Under the pieces are notes generated by a model. That model saw only the letters and a program-made list of their open reading frames with translations, made no database searches and was not told the DNA's origin. Positions 8,890 through 17,031 of a stretch of 52,143 nt of DNA are shown in pieces (positions within the stretch are counted from its first letter, which is position 1; each line of letters starts with the position of its first letter). This DNA comes from a virus. Lineage: Duplodnaviria; Caudoviricetes. A program made the position numbers and the translations under genes. The stretch is taken from IMG/VR virus record IMGVR_UViG_3300032220_000084, positions 1 to 52,143 of that record, one strand, 5' to 3'.

Positions 8890-9393
8890 ATGATGCAGAC
8901 AGACGTTAAATCCGGACACCTTAATAACTCTGGTTTTGTTGTTTTGGGTAGAAATAGGTTAAAAGCCATTTCTATGGTTGGTACGGCTACGGCTGGAACA
9001 CTGGACATTTTTGACACTACTACAGCGCCCGTCTCGGCAACATATGAGAGAGCGGCTACGCTTATCACTGTTACCAAGACCGCACACGGGCTGGTTACTG
9101 GAGATGTAGTTGGGCTTGCGTTTGCAACAGCAAGCGGAACATCCGGAACAAACGGCAACTACATAGTTACACGCACAGGCGCAAACACTTTTACAGTTAC
9201 AGACATTAACTCTGGGACTATTGTTGCCGGAACAGCGGCTGTGTACGCATCCTTGTGGGTTGCCAGCTACGACACTGGTGCATCTGACTTGTTTGGTAAT
9301 TTTGCACTGATTCCCGGCGAAGGGATACTGATTAAAAACGGTATCTACTTGAGTATGTCCAATCTACTTTCTGCCAATATTTACTATGGCTGA
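8890..9393 (+). CDS. Putative structural protein with an inserted beta domain
   Basis: AGGAG RBS. TVTKTAHGLVTGDVV...NGNYIVTRTGANTFTV is a motif common in phage tail/structural proteins. Confidence 0.6.
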   Translation: MMQTDVKSGHLNNSGFVVLGRNRLKAISMVGTATAGTLDIFDTTTAPVSATYERAATLITVTKTAHGLVTGDVVGLAFATASGTSGTNGNYIVTRTGANTFTVTDINSGTIVAGTAAVYASLWVASYDTGASDLFGNFALIPGEGILIKNGIYLSMSNLLSANIYYG

Positions 9394-10129
9394 TAAGAGC
9401 TTTAACTTGATTGGTCGCAAGCTTATGATTGCGATCCCTTGTTACGATGGCAAAGTAAACATCAGAACTGCTTTTGCTATTGCTGAACTCGTTCCCAAGT
9501 TAGACAAGATGGGTGTGCGATTAAGTCTCGTACACCTGTCTGGTTGCTCAATTATTACCAAGGCTAGAAACAAGCTGGTTCGTAACTTCATGGAATCAGA
9601 TTGCACAGACTTTTTGTTTGTTGATGCTGATGTTGTGATTAACACGGATGCTGTTACTCGCTTGCTTGCGTTGTCATCAGACAAAGATGTTGTGGCTGGA
9701 TCGTATCCACGCAGATCAAAAGACACCAAATTCTTCTTAGATTTTTATCTAGACGAAGATGGTCAGTTAGAGTTTGACGATCATGGATTGATGCGTGTTG
9801 AAAGTGTTTCCACTGGCTTCATGCTTGTGCGCCGTCATGTGTTTGAACACATGATTGAGAAGCATCCTGAGTGGCAATATAAAGGCGATGGCGATGGCGA
9901 AACAGAACACGCAATCTTTGACTTTATGATTCTTGATGGTCAGTATATTGGTGAAGACTATGCTTTCTGTTTGAGAGCTAGGAATGAAGGATTTAAGATT
10001 TACTTGGATCCTATGATTAGTCTTCCACATATTGGCACAGAGGAATTCACACGGGACTTTGAGAAAGATGTTTTGAGGCCGCTTCTCAAGGAGCGTTCAA
10101 AACCTCAATTAAAAGTTTCTAACGGATAA
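9386..10129 (+). CDS. GT-A fold glycosyltransferase-like protein
   Basis: IAIPCYDG, ARNKLV, FLFVDADV (DxD), TGFMLV and GEDYAFC motifs. Confidence 0.75.
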   Translation: MADKSFNLIGRKLMIAIPCYDGKVNIRTAFAIAELVPKLDKMGVRLSLVHLSGCSIITKARNKLVRNFMESDCTDFLFVDADVVINTDAVTRLLALSSDKDVVAGSYPRRSKDTKFFLDFYLDEDGQLEFDDHGLMRVESVSTGFMLVRRHVFEHMIEKHPEWQYKGDGDGETEHAIFDFMILDGQYIGEDYAFCLRARNEGFKIYLDPMISLPHIGTEEFTRDFEKDVLRPLLKERSKPQLKVSNG

Positions 10130-10139
10130 AGGAAAAATT

Positions 10140-10586
10140 ATGCCAAGTTTTGCACCGGGAACGCCCAAATCGGTAATGGATGAGTTTAATAAAAAATTTT
10201 ATGGATCGAAGCAGTCCCAAGTTGATGAGTCTCCTCCACAAGCTGAACCAGCTAAAGGTGGAAAACCCGTATCCAAACCTTTGCCAAAGCCACCTACAAA
10301 GCCAAAACCACCACCACTTCCGCCGCCTCGCCCGCCTGTATCGCTTCCGACAGATCGACCAATGCCACCTACAAAGCCTCCCGTTGACCGACCCGGAATG
10401 GCTGTGCAAACAAAAGCTCCCCCTATGCCAATGGGTGCTATGAACACGCCGCCATCAATGGGTAGAAACCCAACGGGCGGTATGTTTCAAACCCCTCGCA
10501 TGAAGGCTGGCGGATCTGTAGGCTCTGCTTCTAAGCGTGGCGATGGAATTGCGCAACGTGGAAAAACCAAAGGACGGATGCTGTAA
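10140..10586 (+). CDS. Pro-rich small protein with the shared C-terminal GG...GKTKG tag
   Basis: AAGGA RBS. Ends MKAGGSVGSASKRGDGIAQRGKTKGRML. Confidence 0.7.
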   Translation: MPSFAPGTPKSVMDEFNKKFYGSKQSQVDESPPQAEPAKGGKPVSKPLPKPPTKPKPPPLPPPRPPVSLPTDRPMPPTKPPVDRPGMAVQTKAPPMPMGAMNTPPSMGRNPTGGMFQTPRMKAGGSVGSASKRGDGIAQRGKTKGRML

Positions 10587-10828
10587 TGGCTACTCCAGCA
10601 TGGCAGAGAAAAGAAGGCAAGAGCGAGAAGGGCGGATTAAACGCCAAAGGTCGCGCCTCTGCCAAGAAACAAGGGATGAATCTGAAGCCTCCACAGCCAG
10701 AGGGCGGCAAACGCAAAGACTCTTTTTGCGCAAGAATGACCGGAATGAAGAAGAAATTGACGAGCGAAAAGACCGCCAAGGATCCAAATTCGAGGATTAA
10801 CAAAAGCCTACGGGCTTGGAATTGTTAG
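10586..10828 (+). CDS. Small basic conserved phage protein (DUF6321-like)
   Basis: PAWQRKEGK..GGLNAKGR...RKDSFCARM...SRINKSLRAWNC. Coupled to the upstream gene by TAATG. Confidence 0.7.
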   Translation: MATPAWQRKEGKSEKGGLNAKGRASAKKQGMNLKPPQPEGGKRKDSFCARMTGMKKKLTSEKTAKDPNSRINKSLRAWNC

Positions 10829-10837
10829 GAACAAATC

Positions 10838-11152
10838 ATGGATCAGCCAATTGTAAAAAACTATTCTTTTACCCAAGGCGTTGGTAAAGACGGAATGCCA
10901 AAGTATTTCATTAATGGTAGTGAGATACAAGACAAGGCATCTTGGGATAGATTAAAAGCCAAGGCCGGTCAAGTGGTTGACAATAGTTTTGATGACATAG
11001 GTAATGCTATGTCTTCTGGAATGGACGATATGTCTGATCTGCGGCAAAAAGCACAAACCATTAAAAAAGCAAAAGGTGGAAGCGTTACCAGTGCATCCAA
11101 GCGAGCTGATGGCTGTGCCGTTAAAGGCAAGACTAAAGGCAGGATGATTTGA
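10838..11152 (+). CDS. Small protein with the shared C-terminal tag
   Basis: Ends KKAKGGSVTSASKRADGCAVKGKTKGRMI. Confidence 0.7.
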   Translation: MDQPIVKNYSFTQGVGKDGMPKYFINGSEIQDKASWDRLKAKAGQVVDNSFDDIGNAMSSGMDDMSDLRQKAQTIKKAKGGSVTSASKRADGCAVKGKTKGRMI

Positions 11153-11388
11153 TGGACATCAATACCATTTGGTCTGCTGGATTGTCTGCCCTGATGGGTG
11201 GATTGTGGTTTTTCATTCGTGAAAAGCTGGAAGATGTGAAGCGGATTGAGAGACTTTTAAATATTACACGCGAGGAGATTGCCCGTGATTACGCAACTAA
11301 CGAAGAAGTTCAAAGAATTACTGACCACATTGACCAGCGGTTTAACCGCCTTGAAGCAAAAATTGACCAACTCATTCAAAAAGGATAA
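11152..11388 (+). CDS. Small membrane-anchored coiled-coil protein
   Basis: N-terminal hydrophobic helix then coiled coil. TGATG coupling. Confidence 0.65.
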   Translation: MDINTIWSAGLSALMGGLWFFIREKLEDVKRIERLLNITREEIARDYATNEEVQRITDHIDQRFNRLEAKIDQLIQKG

Positions 11389-11394
11389 ATAATC

Positions 11395-11892
11395 ATGGCA
11401 CTTAGCTCATTCCAGCAAGCTTTTAAAGAAGCTCGCGCAAAAGGTGAAACAGAATTTGAATTTCCGCCAAATAGCGGAAAAATGTTTAACACCAAATACA
11501 AAGAAGAAGTTAAAACCTCAGCCAAGCCTGCTGCTTCTGCAAAAGATGCTTCTAACTACAGTAACGAAGGTCGTGGTTCTTCTGCCCCTGCAAAATCTTC
11601 AGCAATGCCTGACACCTATAGAGACTTAAGCGGAAAAGTTAAAGTTAAAGAACCAGTAAAGCCGCCTTCAGAGTATGAGCCCGGCCCTCAAAACATTAAA
11701 CGTAACTTGCAAAATGCGCCAAGCGACATTAGTGACCTTGTTTCCAGCCCTTTCCGAGCAATCCGTGAGGCTGGTAACCGTGGTAATCCTGATGCCCCCA
11801 AGAAAATGGCTTCAGGTGGTAACGTTTCCAGCGCCAGCAAACGTGCTGACGGAATTGCCCAAAAGGGCAAGACTCGTGGGAAAATGTGCTAA
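11395..11892 (+). CDS. Small protein with the shared C-terminal tag
   Basis: SFQQAFKEARAKG N-terminal motif. Ends KKMASGGNVSSASKRADGIAQKGKTRGKMC. Confidence 0.7.
   Translation: MALSSFQQAFKEARAKGETEFEFPPNSGKMFNTKYKEEVKTSAKPAASAKDASNYSNEGRGSSAPAKSSAMPDTYRDLSGKVKVKEPVKPPSEYEPGPQNIKRNLQNAPSDISDLVSSPFRAIREAGNRGNPDAPKKMASGGNVSSASKRADGIAQKGKTRGKMC
11817..11830. repeat. Dispersed palindrome copy TGGTAACGTTTCCA
   Basis: Exact match. Confidence 0.9.
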
Positions 11893-11894
11893 CC

Positions 11895-12296
11895 ATGCCT
11901 GCAACGTCAGCAAAACAAAAGAAATTCATGGATGCTGCGGCGCACAACCCAGCATTTGCGAAGAAGGCCGGTGTACCTGTAAAGGTTGCCAAAGAGTTTA
12001 GCAAGGCCAGCAAAGGCCAAACATACAAAGAGGGTGGCGAAATGAAAGAATCTAAAGCAATGGTTAAAAAAGAGATTGGCTTTATGAAAGCCAAGGGCGC
12101 TCCTAAGTCCATGATGAAACATGAGATGGCTGAGATGAAGGGCATGAAAAAAGGTGGAAACGTTACCACTACCAAAATGGGATCAGTTAAAACTGCTGCT
12201 CCTAGCCGCGATGGTATTGCTACTAAAGGCAAGACCAAAGGCACAAAGATTTCCATGCCCGGCAATCGTGGCTTGATGGGCGGCGGGAAGTGCTGA
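11895..12296 (+). CDS. Small K/M-rich basic protein
   Basis: MPATSAKQKKFMDAAAHNPAFAKK. Contains KKGG and DGIATKGKTKG. Confidence 0.7.
   Translation: MPATSAKQKKFMDAAAHNPAFAKKAGVPVKVAKEFSKASKGQTYKEGGEMKESKAMVKKEIGFMKAKGAPKSMMKHEMAEMKGMKKGGNVTTTKMGSVKTAAPSRDGIATKGKTKGTKISMPGNRGLMGGGKC
12155..12168. repeat. Dispersed palindrome copy TGGAAACGTTACCA
   Basis: Exact match. 12151-12170 is identical to the intergenic copy at 730-749. Confidence 0.9.
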
Positions 12297-12297
12297 G

Positions 12298-12549
12298 ATG
12301 AGAAGCTCTCGTGGAATGGGCGCAATAAACCCTTCCAAAATGCCCAAGGGCGTTAGGAAGGCTAGACGCGATGACACTGACTTCACTCAGTATGCTGAGG
12401 GTGGTGAGGTGTGGTCTAAGCCGCGCCCTGACTCTCTTGGCGCTCCAAAGAAACTGTCGTCAGCAAAGAAGGCAAAAGCTAAAGCTGCTGCCAAGGCCGC
12501 AGGCAGACCTTATCCCAACCTCATAGATAACATGAGAGCAGCTAAATGA
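12298..12549 (+). CDS. Small basic protein
   Basis: MRSSRGMGAINPSK...YAEGG...AKAAGRPYPNLIDNMRAAK. ATGA-coupled to the next gene. Confidence 0.65.
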   Translation: MRSSRGMGAINPSKMPKGVRKARRDDTDFTQYAEGGEVWSKPRPDSLGAPKKLSSAKKAKAKAAAKAAGRPYPNLIDNMRAAK

Positions 12550-13481
12550 GCTATACCACTGGCACCTCACTCTTCAACATGGAGTTCACGGAGATCGCTG
12601 AAGAGGCGTGGGAACGTGCTGGGCGTGAGATGCGCAGTGGCTATGACTTGCGCACAGCTCGCCGGTCAATGAACCTAATGACTATTGAGTGGGCAAATCG
12701 TGGCCTCAATATGTGGACGATTGAGGCTGGTTCTTTCCCGTTAACTCCCGGACTGAATACTTATCCACTGCCAAATGACACTATTGACCTGTTGGATCAT
12801 GTGATTCGCACCGGTGCAAATAGTTCAAGCACACAGGCTGACTTGACAATTTCACGGATTAGCGTTTCTACCTACGCAACTATTCCCAATAAATTGCAGC
12901 AGGCAAGACCTATTCAGGTATGGATTCAGAGATTGTCTGGTGAAACGAATCCAACTTCTTTAACTACAAGTGGAAGCGTTACCAGCACCGCCACCACAAT
13001 TACGTTAAGTTCGACAGATGGGCTTGCTTCTTCTGGCTACATTAAGCTGGATTCAGAGATCATTTACTACGGATACCTATCAGGCAATACCATTGGTGGA
13101 TGTTTCCGTGGACAGAACAACACTACAGCAGCCACTCATACAACGGCTACAGAGGTATTTGTTCCTCAGCTTCCAGCCGTAACGGTATGGCCTACACCGG
13201 ACAACTCTACGCCGTATGAGTTTGTCTACTACCGTATGCGCCGCATTCAAGATGCTGGTTCTGGTGTGCAGATTGCAGACATGAACTTTCGTTTTTTGCC
13301 GTGTGTAGTGTCTGGTTTGGCTTACTACATTGCCATGAAAGTGCCTGAATTGATGCCCCGTATGGATATGCTAAAGCAGGCATACAACGAACAATTTGAC
13401 TTGGCGGCAGGCGAAGATCACGAAAAAGCACCGCTGCGTTTTGTTCCGCGCCAGCAATTTATTGGTGGGAGCACAACCTAA
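12546..13481 (+). CDS. Putative head-tail adaptor / tail tubular protein
   Basis: IAEEAWERAG...ARRSMNLM..EWAN, VWPTPD and GLAYYIA are typical of podoviral adaptor proteins. Confidence 0.6.
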   Translation: MSYTTGTSLFNMEFTEIAEEAWERAGREMRSGYDLRTARRSMNLMTIEWANRGLNMWTIEAGSFPLTPGLNTYPLPNDTIDLLDHVIRTGANSSSTQADLTISRISVSTYATIPNKLQQARPIQVWIQRLSGETNPTSLTTSGSVTSTATTITLSSTDGLASSGYIKLDSEIIYYGYLSGNTIGGCFRGQNNTTAATHTTATEVFVPQLPAVTVWPTPDNSTPYEFVYYRMRRIQDAGSGVQIADMNFRFLPCVVSGLAYYIAMKVPELMPRMDMLKQAYNEQFDLAAGEDHEKAPLRFVPRQQFIGGSTT

Positions 13482-13894
13482 TGGGTAGCACCTATGCTTC
13501 TGGTCGGATTGCAATTGCCGAATGCGACAGGTGCGGTCAACAGTATCAGCTCAAAAAACTTAAGACCGAGGTCATAAAGACCAAACGGTATGAGTTGAAA
13601 GTTTGTCCTGAGTGCTGGGATCCCGATCATCCTCAACTTTTATTGGGTATGTACCCAGTAGAAGATCCGCAGGCATTAAGAGGGCCGCGCAAGGATACGA
13701 CTTATGTAACGGCTGGTGTGAATGGGTTACAGACAGATTTAAGTGGCTTTGGCGGCTATCCTACTGGGGGCTCAAGAGATATTCAGTGGGGATGGTATCC
13801 AGTGGGCGGCGCAAGAGATTTTGATGATGCTTTGACTCCAAATAATTTGGTAGGAACGGCAAGTGTTGGTACAGTATCAATAAGCGTAACTTAG
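13481..13894 (+). CDS. Hypothetical protein with two CxxC motifs
   Basis: CDRCG...VCPECWD. TAATG coupling. Confidence 0.65.
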   Translation: MGSTYASGRIAIAECDRCGQQYQLKKLKTEVIKTKRYELKVCPECWDPDHPQLLLGMYPVEDPQALRGPRKDTTYVTAGVNGLQTDLSGFGGYPTGGSRDIQWGWYPVGGARDFDDALTPNNLVGTASVGTVSISVT

Positions 13895-13903
13895 GAGCAG
13901 ATA

Positions 13904-14101
13904 ATGGAAACAAGTAAAGTTAAAGGCATTGCAAAAACAGAGGCAAAAAAGGTCGTCAAAGGCCATGAAGCTTCCATGCACGGCGTTAAAAAGATGGCTA
14001 AGGGTGGTAAGACCAACCTTCAAATGAAAGAGCTTGGTCGCGGTTTGGCTAAAGTTGCCAATCAGAAGAAGTCTTCTTTCACATACAAGCGCGGAGGCTG
14101 A
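13904..14101 (+). CDS. Small basic protein
   Basis: AGGAG RBS. Contains KKMAKGG and YKRGG. Confidence 0.6.
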   Translation: METSKVKGIAKTEAKKVVKGHEASMHGVKKMAKGGKTNLQMKELGRGLAKVANQKKSSFTYKRGG

Positions 14102-14102
14102 T

Positions 14103-14363
14103 ATGGGATACAGCAAAAAGATGATGGGTAAAGAAGTTGGCGATGCAGCTACTTATGCAGCTCCTCACAACATGAAGGGTAAAGCCGAGCCAATGCAAAC
14201 AAGCCCCGGCAAACGCGCAGCCAAACGGGACAACAATCCTGATTGGACTCCTATGGATGGTGTATCTATTGGTAGAAACAACAAAGTAAAGACCGATGGC
14301 ATCAAGATCCGTGGTACTGGCGCAGCCACCAAAGGCGTGATGGCTAGAGGCCCAATGGCATGA
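14103..14363 (+). CDS. Small basic protein
   Basis: GGAGG RBS before ATG 14103. Ends GIKIRGTGAATKGVMARGPMA. Confidence 0.65.
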   Translation: MGYSKKMMGKEVGDAATYAAPHNMKGKAEPMQTSPGKRAAKRDNNPDWTPMDGVSIGRNNKVKTDGIKIRGTGAATKGVMARGPMA

Positions 14364-15013
14364 ACTACTCTGAACTTGTCATTGCTGTTTCTGACTACTG
14401 TGAGAACACGTTTCCCACGGTAGACATGAACATAATGATTAAGCAAGCTGAACAGCGTATCTATAACACTGTTCAGATAGCGAATCTGCGCAAGAACATG
14501 ACTGGTACTATTACCGCTGGTAATCCGTATCTGTCTGCGCCTGATGATTTCTTGTCTGCTTATTCGTTGGCGGTGATTAGTGGAAGCGATTATCTTTATT
14601 TGTTGAATAAGGATGTGAACTTCATGCGCGAGGCGTATCCAAGCACGGCAGCGGCGTATCGTGGTAAACCTAAGCACTATGCTATTTTTGGCCCACAATC
14701 AAATGCTGTTACTGAGTTATCGTTTCTTCTTGGCCCAACACCAGACACAACGTATTCAGTAGAGCTGCACTTCTACTATTACCCTGAGTCTATTGTTACA
14801 GCCAACACTACTTGGCTTGGGGATAACTTTGACTCTGCTCTTTTGAATGGAACGATGGTTGAGGCTATTCGCTACATGAAGGGCGAGCCAGACATGGTTA
14901 AGTTTTATCAAGATATGTATCTACAGTCTATTGCGCTGCTCAAGAACTTGGGTGATGGCAAGCAGCGTGCAGATGCTTATCGTGATGGACAAGTACGGAC
15001 ACAAGTTCAATGA
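14360..15013 (+). CDS. Putative head-tail connector / tail tubular protein
   Basis: MNYSEL...IKQAEQRIYN, GPTPD..Y.VELHFYYYPESI. Position in tail module. Confidence 0.6.
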   Translation: MNYSELVIAVSDYCENTFPTVDMNIMIKQAEQRIYNTVQIANLRKNMTGTITAGNPYLSAPDDFLSAYSLAVISGSDYLYLLNKDVNFMREAYPSTAAAYRGKPKHYAIFGPQSNAVTELSFLLGPTPDTTYSVELHFYYYPESIVTANTTWLGDNFDSALLNGTMVEAIRYMKGEPDMVKFYQDMYLQSIALLKNLGDGKQRADAYRDGQVRTQVQ

Positions 15014-15432
15014 GTATTGTTCAAACTCAAACCACAAGCTTCAAGGCGGAGCTGTATCAGGGCATTCACGATCTAGACACAGACGTAATTAAGATTGCCT
15101 TGTATACAGCAAATGCAGATTTAAACGCAGAAACTACTGCTTATTCATCTACCAGTGAAACAAGTGGCGGAAACTATGTGGCGGGTGGATCTATATTGAC
15201 ACCAATTACGGTGAATAGTTCAGGATATACGGCATATGTGGGATTCCCAAATGTGTCATGGACTGGAGCTATAACTGCAAGATGCGCACTAATCTATAAC
15301 TCAAGCAAAGCAAACAGGTCTGTTGCTGTTTTAGATTTTGGATCAGACAAAGTGTCCACATCGGGCGGTACATTTTTAATCACGATGCCACCAAACACGG
15401 CAACAGAAGCACTTATTAGGAGTTCAAATTGA
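15010..15432 (+). CDS. Putative tail structural protein
   Basis: SFKAEL..KIALYT...NYVAGG...ALIYN...VAVLDFG. Paralogous pattern to 15634-16125. Confidence 0.6.
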   Translation: MSIVQTQTTSFKAELYQGIHDLDTDVIKIALYTANADLNAETTAYSSTSETSGGNYVAGGSILTPITVNSSGYTAYVGFPNVSWTGAITARCALIYNSSKANRSVAVLDFGSDKVSTSGGTFLITMPPNTATEALIRSSN

Positions 15433-15623
15433 TTGTTACCACTACCAAGGGCGAGATGGATGACTCATTGCTAGAGAAGCGTGAGGGTACAGTGGACAAC
15501 GACAATGAATTGACCACATGGGTTGAGTATTGGTTGGAAGGTGAGCTTGTTCACCGTTCTGCCCATGTGACGTTGAAAAAGATGCCCGTCTTTGGCGGCG
15601 GCGAAACAGAATCAATTGGCTAA
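15429..15623 (+). CDS. Hypothetical protein
   Basis: TTGA overlap start with AGGAG upstream. WVEYWLEGELVHRS. Confidence 0.6.
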   Translation: MIVTTTKGEMDDSLLEKREGTVDNDNELTTWVEYWLEGELVHRSAHVTLKKMPVFGGGETESIG

Positions 15624-15633
15624 AGGATAAATC

Positions 15634-16125
15634 ATGGCAAATACCCAATCAATGTGTACCTCGTTCATGGCTGAACTGATGCTCGGTCAACACCAGCTTG
15701 GCACTTCTACCATTGTGTCTCGTGGTAGTTTGACATCACCCACTACAGATACTGTAAAAGCAGCTTTGTATTTGGCATCGGCAACCATCAATGCAGCGAC
15801 TACTGCGTACACAGTAACTGGTGAAGTTTCTGGTACAAACTATGTTGCTGGTGGCGTGACGGTAACAAATGCCAACACCCCAACATCAACCAATACTTCA
15901 GCAACTGCTGGTGTAGCGTACTGGACTCCTTCAGCTTCAATTACCTACACCACAGTGACTTTGACCACGGCTTTTGATACTGTCTTGTTGTACAACTCGA
16001 CTCAAAGTAACAAGGCAATTAGTGTCCACACGTTTGGCTCACAGACCATCACGGCTGGTACTTTTACCTTGACAATGCCGTCAAACACCACATCAACCGC
16101 TTTGCTGCGCTTGGCAACTACTTAA
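15634..16125 (+). CDS. Putative tail structural protein
   Basis: SFMAEL..KAALY...NYVAGG...LLYN...VHTFG...GTFTLTMP. Confidence 0.6.
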   Translation: MANTQSMCTSFMAELMLGQHQLGTSTIVSRGSLTSPTTDTVKAALYLASATINAATTAYTVTGEVSGTNYVAGGVTVTNANTPTSTNTSATAGVAYWTPSASITYTTVTLTTAFDTVLLYNSTQSNKAISVHTFGSQTITAGTFTLTMPSNTTSTALLRLATT

Positions 16126-16134
16126 GGGTAGGTC

Positions 16135-17031
16135 ATGTCTCTCGGCTGGGGCGACAGTACTTGGGGCGCAAACGGCTGGGGCGGCACTCTTGAAGCAACA
16201 GGGGATGAAGCAACAGGAGCCGTAGGGTCGGTCACGCCCAGTCGGACTGTTGCACTAAGTGGAGTTTTGGCTTCTGGGGCGGTTGGGACTGTTGTTGAGA
16301 CAAATAACCCAACGGAAGACGGCAATATTGCTTACGGAAACGTAGGTAATGCAGCACCTGTTCTCACAATTGCTTTAACTGGCGTAGCGGCATCTGGTGC
16401 GGTTGGCTCTGTTACCCAAGGAAAAGATTTTGTCCTGACCGGCAACTTGGCAAGTGGGGATGTCGGTACGGTTTCTCGTGGAGAAACTTCGCTGGCTTTG
16501 ACTGGTAACGTTACCAGTGGTCTGGTCGGAGTGGTTGCTGTAGACAGCAATACAGCTTTGACCGGCGATGAAGCCACTGGTGCAGTTGGTACGGTTGTTC
16601 AGAGTGCCTCGGTTGTTTTGACGGGTGTGCAGGCTTTAGGTGTTGCGGATAGAGTTATTGTCCCGCTTCCAAGCAATCAAGCAGATGGCGCAGTTGGTTC
16701 CGTTGGTTATGAACTAATCATTGAGTTGACTGGTAACGTTTCCAACGCTGCTGTTGGATCGGTTGGGGTGGCAGAAAGAACATTTGGCCTAACCGGAAAT
16801 CAGGCACAAGGATATGTTGGAACTTTAATTGCGGTCTACTGGAAAATCATTGACGATAGTCAGACGGCAAATTGGGGGACAATCTCTAACACACAAACGG
16901 CAAGTTGGTCAAATATAGATGACACGCAGGCCGCAAACTGGCAAAATATCGGCAACCCGCAGACTCCCGGCTGGTCGCAGATTGATGACACGCAAACCCC
17001 AAATTGGGAAGACATTGAGGTAACAACATGA
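16135..17031 (+). CDS. Repetitive tail-associated protein
   Basis: About 20-aa LTGxxAxGxVGxV repeats, and five 11-aa W-x-x-I-x-x-x-Q-[TA] repeats at the C-terminus. Confidence 0.65.
   Translation: MSLGWGDSTWGANGWGGTLEATGDEATGAVGSVTPSRTVALSGVLASGAVGTVVETNNPTEDGNIAYGNVGNAAPVLTIALTGVAASGAVGSVTQGKDFVLTGNLASGDVGTVSRGETSLALTGNVTSGLVGVVAVDSNTALTGDEATGAVGTVVQSASVVLTGVQALGVADRVIVPLPSNQADGAVGSVGYELIIELTGNVSNAAVGSVGVAERTFGLTGNQAQGYVGTLIAVYWKIIDDSQTANWGTISNTQTASWSNIDDTQAANWQNIGNPQTPGWSQIDDTQTPNWEDIEVTT
16501..16518. repeat. Dispersed palindrome copy (18-bp perfect palindrome ACTGGTAACGTTACCAGT)
   Basis: Exact core at 16503-16516. Confidence 0.9.
16731..16744. repeat. Dispersed palindrome copy TGGTAACGTTTCCA
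   Basis: Exact match. Confidence 0.9.
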
